A stretch of 57,667 nucleotides of DNA, counting the filler, from Dimargaris cristalligena (Eukaryota): NCBI GenBank assembly GCA_003614675.1. It is 2 parts of 2 records of this genome, joined end to end, with 100 filler letters (N's around TTAATTAATTAA, not from the genome) between each part and the next. Parts side by side here need not be neighbours in the genome. Positions count along the whole stretch, not along the records: positions 28,897 to 57,667 come from ML002495.1; 1 more part is not named here. One strand, 5' to 3'. A model generated the notes under the pieces. The model was not told where the DNA came from and did not search any database. It worked only from the letters and a program-made list of their open reading frames with translations. The position numbers were made by a program, and so were the translations under genes. Numbering within the stretch: the first letter of the stretch is position 1; each line of letters opens with the position of its first letter. Shown piece after piece: positions 35,597 through 48,396 of the stretch.

Positions 35597-37113
35597 ATGT
35601 CCGGCCCTGTTGAGACGACGTATACCTACCCCGAGCTTGTCCGCAGCTCCTGCCGCTATTTGGTCGAGCAGTCCCCCGACGTAGTCCAAGTAGGTTACTA
35701 AGGAGAGGGTGCCGTCGGGGTCGTGCTCGGACGGAGCCTATCTTTGAAACCCCCCTCCCGGCCCTACTAGAACCAGTGTACACAGCCACAACTACCCCTA
35801 ATACTAACCATACCAATAATGACCATCATGCCTTTATATCACAACCCTCTCAGATCGATTCGACCGCCATTGACCGCTTTCTGGACTCGATTAACGTGGA
35901 ACGCTTCGCCAAACTCTGCAAGGGCTGGATTGCGTTCCCCCTCAAGTTCGATACCCCCGAGGATGAGGTAACTCTCGTGGCCCTCATTGACCTCCTTAAT
36001 TTCGGCAGCGGTTACCGCAAAGAACTGCATGCGGCCACCGGCCGGGGTGCCTCGGATACCATTCTCTTCGGCTGCATGGGACTCTATCTTTCGGGCTCCG
36101 CCGCAAGCTCCGCCGCTTCCCCACTGAGTGCCGAGGCCCTCACCCAGCTGCACCTGGCCGATGTGGCCAGCGTGTTCGGTATCCCCCTACTCGGCCCGGA
36201 GGAACCGCATCCCACCATCCCGGGACTGACGCTAAGCCAGCCTTCACCATTGCGCGAGTTGGTCCAGAAATTGACCGATACCATGGTGGAAACGGGTCGC
36301 ATTTTAAAGGCCGGGGGGTATCGGTCGTTGGGTCAGTTCATTCTGGAGGCTACTAAGAAACCTGATCACGCGCCGGTTCATTGGCGACCATCGGTGGCCG
36401 ATCTGGTGGGCAAATTGGTGACTACGTTCCCGGCCTTCCAGGACTATAAGCTGAGCGAGCAACACGGTAGGTGATCATTTTACCGGTTTTTTTTGGGAGT
36501 GCCGACTAGAGGCTGACTTTGATATTATGGTTTGTCGTCTATAAGACCTGCAATGATGAGAACCAGTCTGTAATGAGTTGGTGCTAATTTGGACTTTCGT
36601 GAACCTTATATATATATATATTTAGATATCTACTTGATCAAGCGAGCCCAGCTTCTGGTGGCCGACCTCAACGAGCGCTTCAAGAAACCCGAATCCCCCG
36701 TATTTGCCCATTTTGATTTCCCCGACGTGCCCGCCCTGACTGTCTTCGCGGACAACGTGCTGCCAACCGTGCTAGGTCATCTGGGTATCCTCCGCATTAC
36801 TAGCAGCTCTCTCCAAACATCGATCAATGCCCTGGAACCCATCTCGGAAGACAACATGTGGATTCTGCGGGCCGCCGCCGTCCAGGCCTGTGAACTGGTG
36901 GTGCAACGATGCCACGAACGTGCGGCAGCCATTAAGGATGGCGCTGTGGCGAATCCCAAGGACCAGGACCCCCAATCGGCCGACCATATCAGTCACCTGG
37001 CCCGGGAAATGCAACACGCTACGGTGCTCGACCATTACCTGTGGCATGTCGGCAAAGACCCTGAGATTCGCAATATACCCCGACTGGTGTATAAGGACAC
37101 CGTTTTCTTTTAA
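35597..37113 (+). CDS. QNG1: Queuosine salvage protein (DUF2419, QNG1-like); exons 35597-35689, 35854-36466, 36626-37113
   Basis: Motifs DLLNFGSG, LVTTFPAFQD, KRAQLLVADL, LTVFADNVLPTVL, LRAAAVQACE and LDHYLW. Intron phases 0 and 1 are consistent. Confidence 0.85.
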
Positions 37114-38361
37114 TCTGTGTAAATTCATGGCGTTTTGTATACCATTGAATCAATGAACTGTTTCCATTATGTTACTTTTGGGATTTTTACACCGAAGTTT
37201 CGCAAATCTTGCAACATTTGTTATATGAGGTGGAGGACAATGTTAGCGTGAAATCAGTCGGGATCACCAAGTCACAAATAATACCACGACTTTCAATTGT
37301 TATTGATACGAAAATCGCCGTAAAGAGCGAGGGGGAAGGGTAGTGTGGGCTAACCCAATAATCAGGCCAAATGATGAACAGCCACAATACTCTTTAGTGG
37401 AGCTTGGAATGTGTATGTGCGGAGTGGGCATTGATCTATGAGATGGGGACAGCCACCAATCAGTCGAGTGCTAGGGTACCGCGGGGGAAACCAAAGAAAG
37501 GCTGCACAGCGAATAAACGGACTGAAGCCCCCTCCGTCGACATGAAGTGGTAATGATAATGATATACCCCTCACAGTCAGAGGAATATGGAAGGGCATAG
37601 TAATACTGGTGATTTTTTTTGCCCTGGCCGGGACCTGTTGAGTCATCAGTACGTGGCGGTATTGCTGGGACTACCAGCCATATGCCAAGTCCCCGAATAG
37701 ATTACAAAGTGAAAACCCATGACGAATATCCTTCGATTTGGCTAGTTTGTTATGAAAAAATCGGCCAAATGGACCCGTTGGTGTGGTGACAAATGCGGCA
37801 TTAACTACCTTTGCCTAGCTTTACTAATCTAATACCCTACTAGTTTGGCTCAGAAAGGGCTTGGAAAGGGTTAGCAGATCGAGAGGTCCCCCCCATTACT
37901 CGTTGGAGACAGCCATGTCTGTCTGACTGACCGACTTGTCCAGGTTTCACACCACCCACGGCCACGGCCCAATCACCACCCGCTACAGCCAGCCATTTAC
38001 AACGAGGGGGCTTTCCTCTCTGCTTACTCTTATTAATCAGTTACCTAATCAATGGGCTGACTACTACTACTATACTATGTATGCAGCAGCATACAGACAG
38101 GGTGATAGGTATAGAGTAGTCTTGATCTCCCCCCACCATACAGTAGCATATACGAGCAATTTACCCCGCCGGTTTTATATAACCCGTCCTCCGCCATACC
38201 CTTCTAGCACGGCACGGCTTCACTCTGCTTTCTACACCATAGCCTAGCATTTCCTTCTTTCCTTACTGCCTACCTTTCCTTTAGTCGCTCTCGTTGATTG
38301 CACCGTCACTCCTCCTCTACCTTCCTTCCTCCCCCTTGCTGCCAAGTCGCATACCTTCGCC

Positions 38362-40958
38362 ATGTCTAACCAGAACATCGATAGTTTGGCCGTCAACACT
38401 ATCCGCACCCTGGCCGCTGATGTCGTCCAGAAGGCCAACTCCGGTCATCCCGGTAAGTCACCCCAACTGCTTTGATCTGCTTCGAGACCCCTTATTGAAA
38501 TAACTACGAGAGATCACCCTCAGTCCCGGAAAGGTGTGAGAGGGAGAGGGACTGCTTATGGTTGGTAAGGGAGAGAGCACCTTTCCCCAGGGCGCCGCGT
38601 CCCTCCAGCGAATGTTTCCCACAGCCTATATATCACCCACCCCTGCCTAACTAATACACTGTACTTGCACCACAACCATATCTCTGTGTACACCTTCTGA
38701 ATCTTGCTGGCGTATTAGGTGCCCCAATGGGCTGCGCTCCCATGGCCCACGTTCTGTTCTCCCGGTTCATCAACGCTAACCCCAAGAACTCCCAGTGGGT
38801 AAGATTTTTTAATCATATACGTCACACCCTTGGGCCATCGCCGTGGATCTTCCACTTTGCGCTCCAACCAGTCCCGTCCGGCATACTTGCTGGTCATAGT
38901 ATCCTTTAACCCAATTCATTTCGTAATCCCCCCACCCTGGCTGATATACATGTCTCGCCCTCTGTCCCCTGGCTATCGTTGACTAACAACCATGGATATG
39001 CGGTATTGCTTCTCCACTGTGTTTCCACCGTTGTATCTTTCCGCATCGTTCTCCACCGACAGTACAATCGCGATCGCTTCGTCCTGTCCAATGGCCATGC
39101 CTGTGCCCTGCAGTACATTCTGCACCACTTGATGGGCTACAAAGTCTCCATGAATGACCTGAAGGACTTCCGTCAAATGGACAGCTGTACCCCCGGTCAC
39201 CCCGAAAACACCCATACCGACGGTATCGAAGTCACCACCGGTCCCCTTGGCCAGGGTATTGCCAACGCCGTTGGTATCGCCGCTGCCGAAGCCCATATGG
39301 CCGCCACTTTCAACCGCCCCGGTTTCACCGTGGTTGATAACTACACCTACGTCATGTGCGGTGACGGGTGTCTGCAAGAGGGTGTGGCCGCTGAAGCCGC
39401 CTCCCTGGCCGGTCACTTGAAGTTGGGTAAGCTGGTCCTGCTCTACGACGACAATCACGTCCAGATCGACGGTGATACTAACTTGGGATTCACTGAGGAT
39501 GTGCTCAAGCGCTTCGAAGCCTACGACTGGCACACCCAGAAGGTTGCTGACGGTGACCACGATCTGGAAGGCATCGCCTCGGCCATCGCTGCTGCCAAGC
39601 AGGTGACTGATAAGCCCTCCATCATCGCCATCCGCACCACCATCGGTTTTGGTGCCCTCAAGGCCGGTACCGCCGGTGTCCACGGCAGCCCCCTCGGCGA
39701 TGCTGGTGTGGCCGAGGTCAAGACCAAGTTCGGTTTCAACCCCAACGAAAAATTCGTGGTCCCCTCCCCCGTCTACGACGCCTACAAGGCCGTTGCCCAC
39801 CGTGGCCAGACTCTGGAGAGCGAGTGGGAAGAAATGCTGCACCGCTACGAATCCGCCCACCCCGATCTGACCAAGGATCTGAAGCGCCGACTGGCCGGTA
39901 AGCTGCCCGACGGCTGGAAGGAGGCCCTGCCCCGCTACACGCCCGCCGATAAGGCTTTGGCTACCCGTAAGTTCAGCGAAGTGGCCATCAACGCCCTGGC
40001 CAACTGCATCCCTGAACTGATGGGCGGTTCCGCCGATTTGACCGGTTCCAACCTGACCCACTGGAAGGGTGCCGTCGAATTCCAGTCCGAAAGTACCGGT
40101 CTGGGTAGCTACGCCGGTCGCTACTTCCGCTTCGGTGTCCGTGAACACGGTATGGCCGCTATGCTGAACGGTATGGCCGCCTACGGTGGTGTGATCCCCT
40201 TTGGGGCTACCTTCCTCAACTTCATCGAATACGCCATGGGTGCTGTGCGCCTGTCCGCCCTCTCCCGGTTCCGTGTCCTGTACATCATGACCCACGACTC
40301 CATCGGGCTGGGCGAAGACGGTCCCACGCATCAGCCCGTAGAAGCTCTGGCTGCCTGCCGTGCCACCCCCAACATGCTGGTCTTCCGCCCCGCTGACGGT
40401 AACGAGGTGACCGGTACCTACATCGCCGCCTTGGAGAACACCCACCGTCCTTCGGTGCTGTCCCTCACCCGCCAAAACCTGCCCAACTTGGAAGGTTCCT
40501 CTGTGGAAAAGACCCTCCAGGGCGCCTACGTCCTCCAGGACAACACCTCCTCCTTCAGCGGCAAGTCGGTGCCCGACATTGTGTTCGTGGCCACCGGTTC
40601 CGAAGTGTCCATCTGTGTCAAGACGGCCGAACTCCTCCAGTCCCAGCACCAACTGGCCACCCGGGTTGTGTCCATGCCCTGCATGGAACTATTCGCTGAA
40701 CAGTCCCACGAATACCGTGAATCGGTTCTGCCCCGCGGCTCCCCCGTCATCAGTGTCGAAGTTCTTTCCACCGTCGGGTGGGGCAAGATCGCCCACGCTT
40801 CCATTGGTCTGGACCACTTCGGTATGTCCGCCCCTGCCGAACAGATTTACCACAAGCTCGGATTCTACCCCGAAGCTATCGCTGATAAGGCCGTCAAGGT
40901 CATTAAGTACTACAGCGGCCGTGATGTGCCCTACCTGCTGGACCGCCCCTTCGAATAA
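38362..40958 (+). CDS. TKL1: Transketolase; exons 38362-38452, 38719-38798, 39063-40958
   Basis: [27 protein letters not shown]...[16 protein letters not shown] motif [16 protein letters not shown] and [16 protein letters not shown]. Confidence 0.97.
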
Positions 40959-41630
40959 ATGGCCAATGGCTGGGTCCGGTATTGCTGGATCGCGAGGGCA
41001 CCGAAAGGGAAAAGTATGGGATGATTGTGCTGGCCGGGGAATGATAAATATGGTTTGTTAATTTACCAGTCGCGTTTATGGTGTGATTTCGTCTCACCAA
41101 TCCATGCATCCTACCTAGCGATTCCTCGCCATTTATATATCAGTTGACCGCCCAGGTCAATTTCTCTTTTTGACAATATGGTTGCTGCGGGTTGCTTGAC
41201 CTGTCTCTTTACATTTTCATATTAAAATGCATGGTCATTATTAAATAGGATATTCCCCGAACGCCCCCCCCCCTACTTGCAATACATTGCCACTATGCTT
41301 AGGCCACTGTATATACACCGTGGTGTTTATTTGATGTAGAAAATGAAACAACATGAGACCCACCCCATCAAACGAGTACGGCCCCAATAGGGAAAGATAT
41401 AAGGTATTTACAAAATAAAAAAGAACACACTTCTAAATAGGATTTTTTAAAAATGATGATATAGTTAATTGTGTGCGAACCGCCGAATCGTTTTGTTGGG
41501 TTCGCATTCCTGCTAGGGTATGTTTTATGTTTTAATAACCAACTCTGGATAATGTGGGACACACGATCTTGGGCAAATTTTTACCATCTACCCATTTAGT
41601 TATTTATTTTTAAAAAAAACACAAACTACA

Positions 41631-42116
41631 CTATACAGCACCCTGATAATCGCCCGACAATTCCTGACCCGGTTTATCTAGAGTGATGTAACTATCGGAC
41701 AAAGGGTAGGTCACAGGACTACCATTGGTCGTGGTGGGGTAACGGTCGAACCGCAGGGGAGCGAAGGCCCGGCGGTAGATGGAATGGTCGGACTGGGTAT
41801 ATCTCCCAAACCCGGGCAGAGTTTGGTTGGGATCGACGTTTTGGAAGGTCGTCTCGGCGAGCAACATGGCCTCATCAAGCGGAACGGTGGCGCCGTGTTG
41901 GGGGGGGATAGGAGTAGTAGTAGTAGACCCTCCGACTGGGGGTGAAGCAGCGATATTATTACCATGGCTGTTGCTGTTCGGCACAGGTATGGGCAAAGGG
42001 CCGGCGTAGACGGCCCACGGTAATGAAGGGCCACCACTCAAAGGGGGAGACAGTAGGGCCAAGGCGGCGCTGAGAATCAGCCAGCGGGGAAGGGTGGTGA
42101 TGGTAGTAGTAGTCAT
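41631..42116 (-). CDS. Hypothetical secreted protein, 161 aa
   Basis: Hydrophobic N-terminus (WLILSAALALL), Pro/Thr-rich region, dibasic YRR site, GC-rich ORF in AT-rich flanks. Confidence 0.5.
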   Translation of the reverse strand: MTTTTITTLPRWLILSAALALLSPPLSGGPSLPWAVYAGPLPIPVPNSNSHGNNIAASPPVGGSTTTTPIPPQHGATVPLDEAMLLAETTFQNVDPNQTLPGFGRYTQSDHSIYRRAFAPLRFDRYPTTTNGSPVTYPLSDSYITLDKPGQELSGDYQGAV

Positions 42117-44416
42117 TGTAGTTTAAATACGTGAATCGAGGATAAAACAGGGGAAATGAAATAGGTTTCCCTGAGGAGCGGGATGTTAAATAGGAGGAAT
42201 ATTAATAATAGATGGGATACAACATACATGCGAAGGATGGTAGATTTCGGCAGGGATGGAAGAAGCTAAGTTACTACTGGGGGAGGTAGGAAATTATGGT
42301 GTATTATATATCGGATGCCCCTTTAAACGGGCAGTGGGGGAGAGGGTGACTGCCGTTCTATGAGCGACTTTATTTTGTAGATAGTATGGTATATGAAATA
42401 GATGTATTACTGTCAATATAGAGCAACGCCTGCCTCTGTCTGGTTGATGGTGTGCAGTAAAGAAAACAAGAGGAGGTGGGTTCACGGGGTACTACCTACC
42501 GCCGGTGAATTGTCCGACTCATTTTCCTTCGCTGAACAACCCAGGCTGCCACTGGTGGTGCCCTAGTGTGTAACTTCACTGGGCGGCGAGAGTAACCACC
42601 ACCACCACTGTTAGGCCACACGAAGGAACAAGGGACTACTGCTATCACTATTTTTTTGTCTTCAAATACGGAGCCAATGACAAATAACTAGGCGTGAATT
42701 TAAAAAGGCAAGAGAGTGCCAAAATGAAAAGCCCATATTAGGTAATCGGTAAAGGCAAAGGAAGAGGAAAAATGTAGGCGCAGGGTGTGTGTGTGCGCAC
42801 ATACACATAGTACATAGTGTCACAACAATGACGAGGGTTAATTTAGCAGGGGGGATTGACTAGATATACTCCCCCTGCCTAGTCGCTGCACCATTTTAGT
42901 CTAGTCCTTCCCTTCTATTATGTACCAGGCGAATGGAAGCCTGCACAATCCCTAGGTCTCCAACTTTCATATCCATTGATTTATTTTTTGGCTTGAATCA
43001 CATACATGGCTGATATATTATATTCATCGAAAGATATCAAATGCCTCTACCTCCCCTTTTCTCTGACGTAAAATAAATAAGGGCCAAGGGGAATTGAATC
43101 ATATACCCCTCTCTTGATACCCGCTACCCAATTCACTTGTCAGTTAGAGGGTAACTAGGCAAAGGGGGCCATGGAGAGAAAATGAGAGAGATAGAAAGAG
43201 AGACAGCAAACGGGAAAAGGTGTGAACAGGCACACGCGTGGTCTATGTGACGCAGTATGAGTGGAGGAGAGAATATAGAGAGAGAGATAGGTGTAGAATA
43301 ATGAAAGGAGAAGAACCTCGCGTGAGGCGTGTGCACCACCCACTACTACTATTCCACTAGGTTGACGCTGTGTGTAATTCGGAATCCCTCACACACCCCC
43401 GCTCCTTGGTCGGTGTAACGAGGGGACGATGGGCACACCTCCCCCTCCAACTAGCCAATAAAAAATCCACCAAACGACCGACAAATGCCGTCGTCGAGAG
43501 AAGAAGGAAAGAAAGAGAGAAAGAGAGAGACAGAGAGAAGGGGGGAGGAGGCCCATACAAATGTGAGTGTAATCTACTAGGGACTGGAAACGGGCGGTGA
43601 ACGGCCCTACGGACTCGCGCTTAAACAACTAGAGCCGTGGCAACTACTACCACCACCATACCTCTCCGATTTATTCACCCCCGCGAGCCACGCAGGCTAT
43701 GTCTCTATCCAATACCATTGGGGTTTCAAGTATGTTGAGGTGCTGCTTGACTCCACACAACCTCCGCTTGAATAGCGTTCCCTACAATAGTTTCCAGCAG
43801 AGAGGTCTTGAAGACCAGCCGATATCATACCACTTCCCGCCCTTTTGCTAGTCGCCCCAGCTCTTTGAATCTATTCCCCAAAGAAGGACACGTGTGCTTA
43901 TGTATAGAATACCCTTACAGACGCAGCTCCTAATTAAAACTATCGGGTGTCGCTTGTTCCTGGTACCAGCACCATAAAAGCTTATCCCAGAAGCATTCCA
44001 GTTATCATATAAAAGAAACAGTGGCTTTCAGTGACGCTCTATATCCCAGATTCTCGTAAATTCAATAATAACACAACAAATATGCTTGCGGCAATTCCTG
44101 CACAAGTCAGAGTAGCGTTGCCCAGAACATAGATATAAATGCCAACTATCGAACCGACCCAGTTTTGGCTTCATGCTGTCTCCCATTAAGACACAAAAGA
44201 AATATGAATTTATAGAGGGAGATATATATATATATATATACGCTAGGTAGGGGTAAATATTCAATAAAGATAACCGCGCGATTATCAGTGGGTTATATGT
44301 GCGCCAAAAGGCATGGCCGCAAACGATCGAAAAGGTCAATCACAATTGTATGTATAATAGTGGATATAGAAACGTGGAATCCAAGTCCAAAAATGACCCG
44401 GCGAGTATCACTTCGT

Positions 44417-46447
44417 TTAAAGCTGGGCCCGAATCTGCTGCAACTTGGCGGTGATGCTATCCAAAAACTCAGAGGTGGTGACGTAATGGGAGCGCTGCAG
44501 GGCCTTGCCGTGGATGGCCAACGCCAGGTCCTTGGTCATCACACCGTCCTTGTCCACGGTATCGATACAGGCCCGTTCCAGATCGGCGCAGAACTTAGCC
44601 AGGGGGCCGTTGTTGTCCAACTTAGCCCGGTGGCTCAGACCGCGGGTCCAGGCGAAGATGGAGGCGATGGGGTTGGTGGAGGTTTCGCGACCCTTTTGGT
44701 GCTCCCGGTAGTGACGGGTAACGGTACCGTGGGCGGCCTCGGCCTCCAGGGTCTTGCCGTCGGGGGTCGTCAGCACCGAGGTCATCAGACCGAGGGAGCC
44801 AAAGCCCTGGGCCAGAATGTCGGACTGCACGTCACCGTCGTAGTTCTTGCAGGCCCACACAAACCCACCGCTCGACTTGAGGGCCTGGGCCACCATATCG
44901 TCGATCAGTCGATGCTCGTACCAGATACCGGCGGCCTCGAACTTGGCGCGGTAGTCGGCCTCGTAAATGGCCTGGAAGATGTCCTTGAACCGACCGTCGT
45001 AGCGCTTCAGAATGGTATTCTTGGTGCTCATGTAGAGGGGGTACTTCTTGTTCAGGGCCACCTGGAAGCAGCTGTGGGCGAACCCCTGGATGGAGTCGTC
45101 CAGGTTGTACATGGCCATACCCACACCGGGGCTGGGGAAGTCAAAGACCTCCATGCGCTTCGGGGCCGAGCCGTCGGCGGGGGTGAAGACGATTTCGAAC
45201 TTTCCCGGGCGGTCGGCCACAAAGTCGGTAGACTTGTATTGGTCGCCGAAGGCATGGCGACCAATGACGATGGGACTGGTCCAGCCTGGGACAATGCGGG
45301 GAACGCTGCTCATCATAATGGGTTCACGGAAAACGGTGCCGCCAAGAATGTTACGGATGGTGCCGTTGGGCGACTTCCACATTTCCTTCAACTTGAACTC
45401 TGGGGGGGTTGGGAATAATAGGATAGGAGGAACGCGGAGGGGGACAATGTGCAGGTTGTGCATTTAGTACTAGAAACCAAAGAAGTAGAATGCATACGTG
45501 GTGCGGGTGTTGGTTTGTTTTACATTGAATACCACCAATATTTCGGATATAAATAATAGGTGAACATGACCAACCTTCCACACGGGCCTCGTCAGGGGTG
45601 ATGGTGGCACACTTGATACCGACATTATACTTCTTGATGGCCTCAGCGGCTTCGATGGTGACCCGGTCATTAGTTTGGTCACGGTTCTCCATGCCCAAAT
45701 CGTAGTACTTGATATCGAGTTTCAGGTACGGAAGGATGAGCTGATCCTTGATTTTTTGCCAGATGATGCGAGTCATTTCATCCCCGTCGAGATCGACAAC
45801 GGGGTTTTGAACGACGATCTTGGCACTTTGAGAGTCTACAGAAACGGGATAAAGGGGTTGGTGATAAGGCTCAGGAATGTATAATTAGGCGACTGTTGAT
45901 TATGTGTGGTCGGTTGCTGAGACGGCTTGTAGGTGGTGAAATCTGGCGTGTGGAACCATTAGAAGTTCACTCTTCCCTCAACCCAGGGAGGCATCTATAC
46001 AACTTGTTTTGAGAAACTAAACACACAATACTACAGGCTCCCCCCGTGGATTTGCGATCCAGTTCACAAAACCAAGTAGATTTCACCCCAAGTCGGTTCA
46101 GATGGCACCGGGTCAGGGGCGCGCAAGCCATTGGGAAATGAATAGTTGTAATATCAGAAGCGGGGGAGAGGGGTTGAGAGGTTTCCCGGAGCAGTTTCCA
46201 CTTTTTGCCCGGGCTAGAGATAACCAGTTCGAGAACAAACTTCTAAGCCTCGGTTCCAACAGCAAACAGGGTCTGGCTAAAGGTATGGGAGGCCGATGAT
46301 AATTAGCTCATAGATATATTTGGAGTCCACACGCCAGAATACAGCCAGCACACCTATACAGTATACATATATAAACTTACAACGCCTAATACCTTGCGAA
46401 CCCATTTGGCGAGCAGCACTAATCGAAGCCTGGCGGATGGCCTGCAT
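44417..46447 (-). CDS. IDP1: NADP-dependent isocitrate dehydrogenase; exons 46447-46381, 45835-45575, 45399-44417
   Basis: Exon 1 is [23 protein letters not shown] (presequence-like). Also [47 protein letters not shown] and [11 protein letters not shown]; the protein ends RAQL. Confidence 0.96.
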
Positions 46448-47876
46448 AATAGAGTAAAAGAGGGAGGTTGGGTTAAGGAAGAAGGGACGGGGAGTCCAGT
46501 GAAGGTAAGGGTGGGGGGTTGTTGTAAAGAAGGTGTAGAAGTGTTATGGGGGGGACGACCACCAGTCACAAAGTAGGTCAGGTGCACGGAATGGGTTGAC
46601 AGTAGCGAATAAAAGGGAAGGGTACAGCGGACTCTCTATCTGGCTATACACTCAATAGATAGTGAAGAGACGAGAGCTGGGGGAAAGTGTGTGTTATACT
46701 ATACTATTCCAAACGCAGCGTAGGGAGAATAAAAACCCGGGGACAGAGCCTGGGTAGTGGAAAAGATAAGGGAGAAGGAAATTGGGTGGTGGCTGACCTC
46801 TTAAAAGGCACGGGTACGCGGTAAAGATAAGTTGCTGTTAAGACTATTGACTGGGCAAGGAGAAAAGGGGGTATGGTGACCGGGTAAAGCACTAAAAGGC
46901 CAGTAGTAGGTACTGAAGAACAGGGGACTCCCGGGCAAGGTGATTGGCTAGTGCAGCTCGCAATGGGCTCGGAAGGTCACGGTGGTGTGCGGGGATGCGG
47001 TTTGTATTGGCTTGTGACGACTGGGTTTGGTGGTATAAGCAAGAGGACGTGGGCAAATAACAGTCCAGGAAGACGAGAGATTAGAAAGAGATCCGGTGAG
47101 AGGGGGTTTGGGTTGGTGGTTACACGCACCCATAATATTATATATAATATACCCCGCCTCGGTCAACGACGAAGGTGGCGTAAGGACAGTTGACGGGGTC
47201 GTAATACGTAGAATAGCTCACCTAGTTTTAGCAAAGTATACGGAAAGAAGGAAGGGAGGGAGGGGGGTCGCGTAGGCAGACGGGTGTTTTAAATAGGTTG
47301 TCACTATATCAGTCAGTAGCTTTAAAACCTTGGTATAGTGAATAGTATTATGATAATGGATGGGGAAGCGGTTTCAGCTAAAGTGTATATCGGATACCGA
47401 AAAATGAGTGGTCGCTGTATGCTTATATGCGTCAGCTCACTTGGAGGGCTCCCCAATTGACGAGCCCGATTATATGCGCCGTCTTTTGGGGAGCGATGAC
47501 GAACCTTCGAATAGATGTGACAGATAGCAGGGGCAGTACCGGTATGGGGAGATATATATGAGTGTGTTGTGTGTGGGTGGACTCCCTCTGTTCAGAGTGT
47601 AATAAATAATACCCTCTCGGGTATGGTGAACATCAATGAGAACGTCCAGATAAATGAATCACTCCGGCCAATCGGAGCCAGATCCTTCGTCCCCCCCAAG
47701 CCAGTCACAACGGGTCATAATAGTCATATCTGGCTGTGCCCAAGTAAGTTAAGTGCTTTGCGCCCGTTTATTGACAGCCCCATCATACTGAATCAGGCTG
47801 CACTTATATATATTAATTAGCTGTTCCCTACCCCTTGTGGGCCCAGATGGAGGAGGGGCATAATATAACCAAGGGA

Positions 47877-47901
47877 ATATGGGTAAGATTCGGCCCGGCT
47901 A
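47877..47901. mobile_element. Solo TIR remnant of the 136-bp MITE family
   Basis: atatgggtaagattcggcccggcta versus family end atatgggtgaaattcggcccagcta: 22/25 identical. Confidence 0.5.
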
Positions 47902-48396
47902 AGCCCTTCTCAGTATAAATGATGTGCTATCGAATCAGAGAGAAAGAGAGAGGCCTGGTGTATTATTTCCCCACATACATCTTCTATATCTGCATTGGGT
48001 GGTATCCCGCCTATTTTCATGTGCGGGTAATGGTATGGGAAACCCTCTCCACTAATCCCCATAGCATTCATTTTCACAGTCCTCCTCACACTTCCTAGCC
48101 CTTAGAAAGGGTTTCAGCACTAGGCCTCCCAAAACCTGCCCATTTGGTTTTCCCTTGTCTCTCTACCCCACGCTTTAGTTAGTTATACTGCTATCCAACT
48201 AACCCAAATTCCCTAGAATTGCCTAACACACCCTGTCGCCCTTCAGGTCTTCCCAGTTTTCTCACCTACTGACTGGTCTGGCGTACCCGCATTGCTACAT
48301 CTCGCCTCTAACTTTATACGTTCTCTCTTTAAGTGGTCCTTTGTTAACTTAACCCGCGTGTGGCAGCGACTTCCTTCTCCTTCGCCACCCCCCCTC

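Noticed and set aside
38453..38718. Canonical TPP riboswitch in the TKL1 intron
   Set aside because: The CUGAGA and ACCUGAU...GCGNAGG core elements are not present in the right order; only non-canonical stems are seen, reported separately.
38973..40652. 559-aa antisense ORF over transketolase
   Set aside because: Shadow ORF caused by strong C-ending codon bias; no recognisable domain.
44288..45418. 376-aa antisense ORF over IDH
   Set aside because: Same codon-bias shadow effect.
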